Source of the DNA: Puniceicoccales bacterium
GTDB taxonomy: Bacteria; Verrucomicrobiota; Verrucomicrobiia; Opitutales; JAIRLG01
DNA length: 32,000 nucleotides
Assembly (NCBI GenBank): GCA_031288595.1
Contig: JAITRB010000018.1
Location: forward strand, 2,385 to 34,384
Direction: 5' to 3'
The notes beneath the pieces were generated by a model. That model was given only the letters and a program-made list of their open reading frames with translations, did no database searches and was not told the origin of the DNA. A program made the translations under genes and the position numbers. Of this stretch, positions 25,816-32,000 are shown in pieces (position 1 is the stretch's first letter; the number at the start of each line of letters is the position of its first letter).

Positions 25816-25911
25816 CCGCTGTCTTTGGATTCCGCAGGAATCCGCCCGCTACGCGGGCCGCAAGGGGCGAAAAAGAAAAGAATTTTTTTTCGCCCCTTGC
25901 AAAGACAGCGG
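25816..25911 (+). repeat. Cloverleaf intergenic element, copy D
   Basis: Closing stem is CCGCTGTCTTTG 25816-25827 with CAAAGACAGCGG 25900-25911. Arm 1 is GATTCC-GCA-GGAATC at 25828-25842. Arm 2 is GCCCGC-TAC-GCGGGC at 25844-25858. Arm 3 is GCAAGGGGCGAAAAA-loop-TTTTTCGCCCCTTGC at 25860-25900. It lies upstream of mutL. Confidence 0.85.
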
Positions 25912-26028
25912 TCCCGACGAAGCGATTCCTGTCCCATCCCAGTGATAGAATCCCCCTCATCGACAGAAAATAGAGCTTTCCGTCCCGGACGGATACTTTT
26001 AGGCTGAATTTTTCCCATTCCCATCGCC

Positions 26029-27849
26029 ATGCCTCAGATCCACCTCCTGCCCCTTCACCTAGCGAACCAGATTGCGGCTGGAGAAGTGATCGAGCGACCG
26101 GCTGCCATCGTCAAAGAACTGCTCGAGAACAGCCTCGATGCCCAGGCCGACCGGATCACCATCCGCTATCAAAGGGGAGGCAAGACCTTCCTCTCGGTCG
26201 AGGACAACGGCACGGGCATGAGCGCCGAGGATGCTTCGTTGGCCTTTCAGCGCCACGCCACCAGCAAGCTATCCGACATCCAGGAACTGGAACAGCTCCG
26301 CAGCTTCGGCTTTCGGGGCGAGGCCCTTCCCTCCATTGCCAGCGTCGCCCGAGTTCTGCTCCAGACTAAGGACGATGGCAGCTCCCACGGCACGGAAATT
26401 CTCTACCACAACGGCCAATGTCTCCACACCAAGGCCTGCGGGCGTACCCGGGGCAGCAGTCTGACGGTCACCGACCTCTTCGCCGATGTGCCAGCCCGTC
26501 GGCGCTTCCTCAAGGGCGATACCGTCGAGGCCTGGCATATCCAGCAGGTGGCACTGGCCTCTGCCCTGGTACAGCCACAGGTGCACCTCGAGCTCTTCGA
26601 TGGCCATCGACCCGTCCTCAGTTCTCCGGCCCAGGTGCTCTGGACGCAGCGCTGCGCCGCTCTCTTCGAGCCTGCCTTTGCTGAGGAACTTTTCGACCTG
26701 GCCGAAGAAGAGGACGGAGTCAAGCTTCAGGGCGCTCTTCTGAAGCCTGGGAACAGCCGTTTCAGGCCCAGGATGCTCTGGACATTCGTCAACCGGCGCT
26801 GGGTCGTCAGCCGCTTCCTGCAATCCCTTCTAGTCGAGGCCTACCACGAGCTTTTGCCGGTAGGGCGCCATCCCGTCGCCTTCCTCGACATTGGTCTCGA
26901 TCCATCCCTCGTCGACATCAATGTCCATCCCCAGAAAAAGGAAATCCGCTTCCGCCACGAGCGTTCCCTGCGCGCGACTCTCGGCCAATTACTGAGCCGA
27001 GCACTCCCCAAATCCAGACCCTTCCTCGAGAGCATCCCTTTTCGCGAAAAAGCCCAGGGAATCACAGCCGCATCGGTGGATTACAATGGCCACAATGCAG
27101 GCCCGTCCTCCTCTTCCAATACCCGGGACGGTGGCCGCACAGCGCCAGCGCCGAGCTATTCTATCAGCGATATCCCGAGCTCTCCGACTCCGGCGCTGCG
27201 GGAGTCCCAGCTGCCCTTCCGGATAAACGCGGCCTATACCCAGCAGATCGAGTGGCCACACCGGGACATTTCTCTCCCTCGGGAGGACGCGCTGGCCAGC
27301 CGATGGAGATTCATCGGGACGCTCCGATCGACTTATGCCATTTTCGAATCCTCCGGTGGGCTGATGCTTCTCCATTACCGGACGGCTCAGGAGCGCATTC
27401 TCTACGAAGAACTGGAGGGAAAGACCAACGAAGCTCCTTCCCTCCAGAAGCTGCTCCTTCCCCTGGTTTTGCCGGCCATGCCTGACCAGGATAAAACCCA
27501 GCGCCACTTTTCCCTACTGCGGGAGCATGGCTGGGAATGCCGACTCAATGACCTGGGGGGCTGCACGGTCGAGGCGATTCCATCCGGCCTCGATCACGAC
27601 AGAGCCGTCATCTATGCCCAATCTCTCTGGAATTCGGAAGATGACGATCTATCGGCTCCAGACAGGTACGAGCGCAGCCTCTGCCGCTACTATCCCCACG
27701 CCCCGCTCTCCGAAGCAACGGCCCCTCAAATCGAAGAGCAGCTGGCGCGCCTGCTCTCCTGCCGGCAGCCACTCCTGTCGCCCGACGGGAGAGCGACCTA
27801 TTACGAAATCCCGTTTCGGGAAATCGAGAGACGCTTTTCGCTTGTGTAA
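26029..27849 (+). CDS. mutL: DNA mismatch repair protein MutL
   Basis: The N-terminal GHKL ATPase blocks are LANQIAAGEVIERPAAIVKELLENSLDA, DNGTGM and FGFRGEAL. The C-terminal dimerisation domain has a clamp-motif-like QKLLLP. The endonuclease motifs are substituted (see findings). Confidence 0.95.
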   Translation: MPQIHLLPLHLANQIAAGEVIERPAAIVKELLENSLDAQADRITIRYQRGGKTFLSVEDNGTGMSAEDASLAFQRHATSKLSDIQELEQLRSFGFRGEALPSIASVARVLLQTKDDGSSHGTEILYHNGQCLHTKACGRTRGSSLTVTDLFADVPARRRFLKGDTVEAWHIQQVALASALVQPQVHLELFDGHRPVLSSPAQVLWTQRCAALFEPAFAEELFDLAEEEDGVKLQGALLKPGNSRFRPRMLWTFVNRRWVVSRFLQSLLVEAYHELLPVGRHPVAFLDIGLDPSLVDINVHPQKKEIRFRHERSLRATLGQLLSRALPKSRPFLESIPFREKAQGITAASVDYNGHNAGPSSSSNTRDGGRTAPAPSYSISDIPSSPTPALRESQLPFRINAAYTQQIEWPHRDISLPREDALASRWRFIGTLRSTYAIFESSGGLMLLHYRTAQERILYEELEGKTNEAPSLQKLLLPLVLPAMPDQDKTQRHFSLLREHGWECRLNDLGGCTVEAIPSGLDHDRAVIYAQSLWNSEDDDLSAPDRYERSLCRYYPHAPLSEATAPQIEEQLARLLSCRQPLLSPDGRATYYEIPFREIERRFSLV

Positions 27850-27914
27850 AGATCTTCCGAAACGGAAAGAAGCTTTTCAACGGGTCATTTTTCCCTTCTC
27901 TCGGCCGAACGCTC

Positions 27915-30218
27915 ATGAGTTTCCCGAGCCATTCAGCCAGTGTCCTTCTCGGCGAAAAGGGAGCACAGCTCCGCTCTGGCCAGAGTTTCTTTTCAAAACC
28001 CTGGAGTCATTCCTGGGCCTCGCCTCTCCAGCTGACCTTGGCCCTTCTCGTCATCTCCCTCCTCTTTACCTTCATCTGCTTCTGGGGAAGGAAACCGCTA
28101 GACTTTCGATTCTTGCCAGGGCAGAAGATCCAGGCCTCCGTCGTTGCCCAGGTGCCCTTTTCCTACATCAGCAGTGCCGAGACAAAGCGCCTAATCGCCG
28201 AGAAGCGCAGCCAATTGGTGCCCATCTATAAAATCGACCTGGAGCCCTTTGAGACCTTCAACCGAGATCTCTGGGAATTGAGCGCCTTACTCGACACGAT
28301 CGAGGAACAGGCGCATGGTGTGGGAAAGGAAGCCCTTCCGATACAGCACTCCATTGAGAACTTCAACCGCCAGCATTCCCTCAAGGTCGACTGGATGGAT
28401 ATCTCCATCCTCCTCAAGGCATTGGGCCCCGGCGAACGCGCCCAGATCTTTAAGGAAGTACTGATCTTTCTTCGAGAAATGGCCAGCGACGGTATCTTTG
28501 CCGATCATAAGCAGGATTTTTCTTCCCATGTCTTTTCCAAAACCTCCGAAGTGACTTCCCCAAAGCAATTCCAGAACAGCAACGTGCGTTCTATGGAAAG
28601 TGCCCTGCGCAACCTGCGCATCCATCTGCTCTCCATGGACCTGGAACAGGATACGCTGCAGGCCCTGTTTCGCCTCATGAAATTCGGAGTTCGGTCCAAT
28701 CTCCTCTTCGATACGGCCGCCAATGAGGAGAGATTCCAGCAGGTGCTCGCATCCACTCCTAAAGTGCGCAAACACGTCAGCCGGGGCAGCACCCTGATCT
28801 CCGAGGGGGTGCGCATTTCCAACGAGGACTACGAAAAGCTCAGTGCCTATCACAAGGCACTGCACCTCGACGAACAGAAGCAATCGTGGTATCACGACCA
28901 GAGCTTTCAGGATTTTATCAAAACCCTTATCCTCCTATCCTTCACCTTCCTCACCCTCTTTTCCCTAAATCCCTCTCTTCGGGAATCGAAAAAGGACTTC
29001 CTCCTGCTGCTCACGGCCATGATTCTCAATCTTCTACTGATCCGGCTTCTCCTCCAGGTAAGTGAATTTTCCTTCTTGCAGGGGAACAGCGCGGTCCTCC
29101 ATGCCCTCTTCCAAGTGACTCCCTTCAGTCTTGGAGCGATGCTGCTGATGATTTTCCGTCAGATTCCCAGCGCGCTCTGCTGTAGCGTTTCCACTTCTCT
29201 GTTCTATACCTTCATGGTGAGCAAAGGACTCCCCTTCTTCCTCCTCTTCCTAGCCTCGTCCTTCAGCGCCCTATTATTATGCCACGCGGCCCATCTGCGC
29301 TCGCAGGTCTTGCGGGCCGGATTCATATCGGGCCTTCTCTTCGCCATAGGGATGTTCTTTTTCGAATCCTCTACAGAGGCCTCCTCTCCCTCCTGGATGG
29401 AAGCACTAACCCCCACCATTTCCGGTTTCCTGTCCGCTCTGCTGGCCCTGGGAATTCTGCCGTTTCTGGAATGGATTTTCCAGTACACCAGCGACCTCAA
29501 GCTATTTGAACTTCAGGACTACAACCATCCGCTGATGCAGCGCTTCCTGGCCACAGCGCCCGGGAGCTATCACCACAGCCTCACCGTTTCCAACATCGCC
29601 GAGCAGGCTGCCCTGGTGGTCAATGCCAATCCCATCCTCTGCAGGACAGCTGCCCTCTACCATGACATAGGCAAAATGGAAAAGCCAGAGTATTTCATCG
29701 AGAACCAACGGAAGGAAGAGAATTACCACGACAGCAAAAAGGCCGAGATCAGTGCGATCATCATCAAGAATCACATTCGAGAGGGGCTGAAGCTTGGAGA
29801 AAAGGCCAAGCTCCCACGGCCCATCTTGGACATCATCCAGCAGCACCATGGGGACTCCCTCATCGGATTTTTCCACCAGAAGGCCAAGTTACAGCAGGAG
29901 AACAACGAAAAATCCTTGCCCAACGAAAGCAGTTTTCGCTACGACGGGCCCAAGCCCCAGACCAAGGAAGCCGCCATCGTTTGCCTGGCCGATGCCGCCG
30001 AAGCGGCGAGCCGAGTGCTGAAAAAACAGCCACCGCTCAAGGAGATAGAGGAACTTGTCACCCATCTGATTCAAGAGCGCATCGAGGATCACCAGTTTGA
30101 CGAGTGTCCCTTGACCCTACAGGACTTTGGGAAGCTGCAGAAGCTGATCGCCTCGATTCTCTTCAGTGCCGCCCATACGCGCATCAGCTATGATTTGGTC
30201 AGGCAGAAAAAAACGTGA
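27915..30218 (+). CDS. 7TM-receptor HD-domain phosphohydrolase (PgpH/YqfF family)
   Basis: 767 aa. It has an N-terminal TM segment, a large extracytoplasmic domain, a 7-TM block, and then the HD domain with SYHHSLTVSNIAEQAA and LYHDIGKMEKPEYFIENQ. This is the architecture of PgpH-type cyclic-di-AMP phosphodiesterases. Confidence 0.85.
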   Translation: MSFPSHSASVLLGEKGAQLRSGQSFFSKPWSHSWASPLQLTLALLVISLLFTFICFWGRKPLDFRFLPGQKIQASVVAQVPFSYISSAETKRLIAEKRSQLVPIYKIDLEPFETFNRDLWELSALLDTIEEQAHGVGKEALPIQHSIENFNRQHSLKVDWMDISILLKALGPGERAQIFKEVLIFLREMASDGIFADHKQDFSSHVFSKTSEVTSPKQFQNSNVRSMESALRNLRIHLLSMDLEQDTLQALFRLMKFGVRSNLLFDTAANEERFQQVLASTPKVRKHVSRGSTLISEGVRISNEDYEKLSAYHKALHLDEQKQSWYHDQSFQDFIKTLILLSFTFLTLFSLNPSLRESKKDFLLLLTAMILNLLLIRLLLQVSEFSFLQGNSAVLHALFQVTPFSLGAMLLMIFRQIPSALCCSVSTSLFYTFMVSKGLPFFLLFLASSFSALLLCHAAHLRSQVLRAGFISGLLFAIGMFFFESSTEASSPSWMEALTPTISGFLSALLALGILPFLEWIFQYTSDLKLFELQDYNHPLMQRFLATAPGSYHHSLTVSNIAEQAALVVNANPILCRTAALYHDIGKMEKPEYFIENQRKEENYHDSKKAEISAIIIKNHIREGLKLGEKAKLPRPILDIIQQHHGDSLIGFFHQKAKLQQENNEKSLPNESSFRYDGPKPQTKEAAIVCLADAAEAASRVLKKQPPLKEIEELVTHLIQERIEDHQFDECPLTLQDFGKLQKLIASILFSAAHTRISYDLVRQKKT

Positions 30219-31093
30219 GCTGTTCCCATCACCCCATTCGGTTCAGCGCCAAGGACTCTCCGTTGCCAGAAGAAATCGCTCTGCTGGCCGGTGCTGGTCT
30301 CTATCCGCAGCTCTGTGCCCGGCGCATGCAAACCCTCGGTATCCGCATCCATCTCCTGGCCCTCGACGAGGGAATCGACAGGGCATTTTTCGACAACTTT
30401 CTCTTTCAGAGCCGCCATTTCCTCCCCATCACTCGCCTCGGAAAGCTGCTCGCGACCCTGCAGAAAATCCAGGTGAAGTACGCGATTACCGCCGGTCAGA
30501 TTCTGCCGAGAAGGCTATTCGGCGGACTTCGTTTTGACCTCAGGGCCTTCTGGCTCCTTCGCCAGCTACGGGAGAAAAATGCGGCGACGATATTCGCCGC
30601 CATTGCCGACGAGATCGCAGGAATCGGCGTTCGGCTACTGGATGCCCGGAGTTTCATGGAAGAAGACTTGATCGATGAAGGAAGCCCGAGTTCCTCTGCC
30701 TGGAAATTGCCCCTCCGCGTCCTGGAACACGGTACCCGCATCGCCCGAGCCATTGCCGACCTGGATATCGGCCAGGGCATCGTCGTCCACAACGGTACGG
30801 TGCTCTGCGTGGAGGGCTTCGACGGCACCAATGCCTTGCTGCAACACGCCGGTCGTTTTCCGGTCAAGCCGAAACTCTTCATCAAGAGCGCCAAGGCCAA
30901 GCAGGACTTTCGCTTCGATGTGCCGGTGTTCGGCTTCCAGACGCTGGAGCACATGCGCTCCAACGGAATCGAATACGCCGCACTGGAGGCGGGGAAAACA
31001 TTGCTACTCAAGCAGCAGGAGCTCTTGGCTCGGGCCGAAGCGTGGGGGATTCGCCTTCGCGGCTACACGCTCGCCCAGGACTCTGTCCCATGA
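30215..31093 (+). CDS. lpxI: UDP-2,3-diacylglucosamine pyrophosphatase LpxI (DUF1009)
   Basis: GTG start overlapping the upstream stop by 4 nt. The N-terminus is IALLAGAGLYP. Later blocks are DIGQGIVVHNGTVLCVEGFDGTNALL and FDVPVFGFQTLEHM...GIEYAALEAGKTLLL, matching the LpxI family pattern. Confidence 0.8.
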   Translation: MSCSHHPIRFSAKDSPLPEEIALLAGAGLYPQLCARRMQTLGIRIHLLALDEGIDRAFFDNFLFQSRHFLPITRLGKLLATLQKIQVKYAITAGQILPRRLFGGLRFDLRAFWLLRQLREKNAATIFAAIADEIAGIGVRLLDARSFMEEDLIDEGSPSSSAWKLPLRVLEHGTRIARAIADLDIGQGIVVHNGTVLCVEGFDGTNALLQHAGRFPVKPKLFIKSAKAKQDFRFDVPVFGFQTLEHMRSNGIEYAALEAGKTLLLKQQELLARAEAWGIRLRGYTLAQDSVP

Positions 31094-32000
31094 GCTGGTC
31101 CTTTTACTTTGCGCTCAAGCAGCTCTTCCCGAGCCGGCGCTGGCTCTCGTTTTTTTCCTTTGTCAGCATCAGCGGAGTCGCCATAGGCACCGCCGTGCTC
31201 TTCATCGTCCTGAGCGTCATGAACGGTTTTCAGTTCGGAATCCAGAAAAGGATCACCGATTTCCAAGGAGACGTTCAAATCGGCGATGGTGCCCCATTGC
31301 CCGTTTCCGAAACGCTTCTGCGCTTTCTCGTCACCCAGCCGGAGATTCAATCCTTCATGCCCTATGCCCATGGCATCGTCATGCTGCAGGCCGGCAACCG
31401 TCCCATTTTTCCAGCCATTCAAGGGAGCGATTGGGAACAGTGTCCCGCGATACACTCCTACGCCCATCCTTCTCTCTCGCTTGGCTCCCACTCATCCCCC
31501 GATGACCTTGTCTTCCTATCCTCCAACTTGGCTGAAGGCTTGGGAGTTTCCATCGGCGACAACCTGGAGCTCTACTCGCCACTGGCCTTGGCGGAACTGA
31601 AAAAAGGACAGCTCCTGCCCCCGAAAAGCGTGCGCATCGGCGGCATTTTAAAAAGCCAGGAAAATGGCTCTCTGCCCCTGGCCATTCTCTGTTCTCTGAA
31701 GCTCATGCAGGAGCTCTACGGCCTGGGGGAAACCGTTCACGGCTATAGCCTCTACCTACGACCAGAAGTCGAGGCCGTTAGCTATGCCGCACGGCTCAAC
31801 TCCCTTCTCTCGGAGCCCTACCACGCCACGAGCTGGATCGAAAATCATCGGGAACTACTCAGCGCCCTACGACTCGAAAAGACCATGATGTTCTTCGTTC
31901 TCCTCTTCGTCTTGCTCATGGCCGCCTTCTCCTTCTCCTGCGCGCTGAGCTTCAACATCATCAGAAAAACGAGGGAAATCGGGCTACTGCAGGCCCTTGG
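31090..32000 (+). CDS. Lipoprotein-releasing ABC transporter permease, LolC/LolE family (FtsX/MacB type), 3' end outside window
   Basis: Frame 1 is open from ATG 31090 (ATGA overlap with the lpxI stop) to the window end. The translation is MSWSFYFALKQLFPSRRWLSFFSFVSISGVAIGTAVLFIVLSVMNGFQFGIQKRI..., followed by a periplasmic domain and ...LEKTMMFFVLLFVLLMAAFSF...RKTREIGLLQALG. This ORF is not in the supplied ORF track because it has no stop in the window. Confidence 0.85.
   Translation, partial: MSWSFYFALKQLFPSRRWLSFFSFVSISGVAIGTAVLFIVLSVMNGFQFGIQKRITDFQGDVQIGDGAPLPVSETLLRFLVTQPEIQSFMPYAHGIVMLQAGNRPIFPAIQGSDWEQCPAIHSYAHPSLSLGSHSSPDDLVFLSSNLAEGLGVSIGDNLELYSPLALAELKKGQLLPPKSVRIGGILKSQENGSLPLAILCSLKLMQELYGLGETVHGYSLYLRPEVEAVSYAARLNSLLSEPYHATSWIENHRELLSALRLEKTMMFFVLLFVLLMAAFSFSCALSFNIIRKTREIGLLQAL

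Noticed and set aside
4295-25911. Whether the repeated hairpin elements could be a CRISPR array, integron attC sites or ordinary rho-independent terminators.
   Set aside because: They are dispersed kilobases apart rather than regularly spaced with short spacers, so they are not CRISPR. The flanking genes are core housekeeping genes in mixed orientations with no integrase, so they are not attC. No U/T tract follows the structures, and some copies lie between divergent starts or antisense to both neighbours, so they are not simple terminators.

Overview
This is a chromosomal, mostly housekeeping window from a moderately GC-rich bacterium. It is probably a PVC-group organism (Verrucomicrobiota/Planctomycetota-like). 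That placement is an inference from one prepilin-type H-X9-DG protein and its decayed tandem paralog. I can support about 26 protein genes: mnmA, glyA, xseA, alr, an lptF/G-family permease, glmM, mraY, an MBL hydrolase, dgkA, a Zn-ribbon protein, hisS, a DUF59 protein, sfsA, plsC, two MFS transporters, pheT, mutL, a 7TM-HD PgpH-like protein, lpxI, a lolC/E-like permease and a few hypotheticals. There are also three tRNAs (Tyr-GUA, His-GUG, Gln-CUG; all encode CCA) and two gene remnants. The main finding is not a protein system. Ten intergenic copies of an 84-112 nt element each fold into a closed four-way junction (cloverleaf): a closing stem, two 6-8 bp hairpins with 3-nt loops, and one long hairpin. 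Structure is conserved far better than sequence. The two short arms differ between copies by compensatory double substitutions. The long arm is unrelated in sequence in every copy yet stays almost perfectly paired. I could not match this family to any repeat or RNA class I know. Secondary observations: MutL with substituted endonuclease metal-ligand motifs; the xseA reading frame running antisense through tRNA-Tyr; a slightly lower-GC stretch next to tRNA-Gln carrying sfsA and an ABC-ATPase fragment; and 4-nt translational coupling of the pgpH-like gene, lpxI and the lolC/E-like gene. No CRISPR array, rRNA, IS or transposase, or prophage genes were seen.
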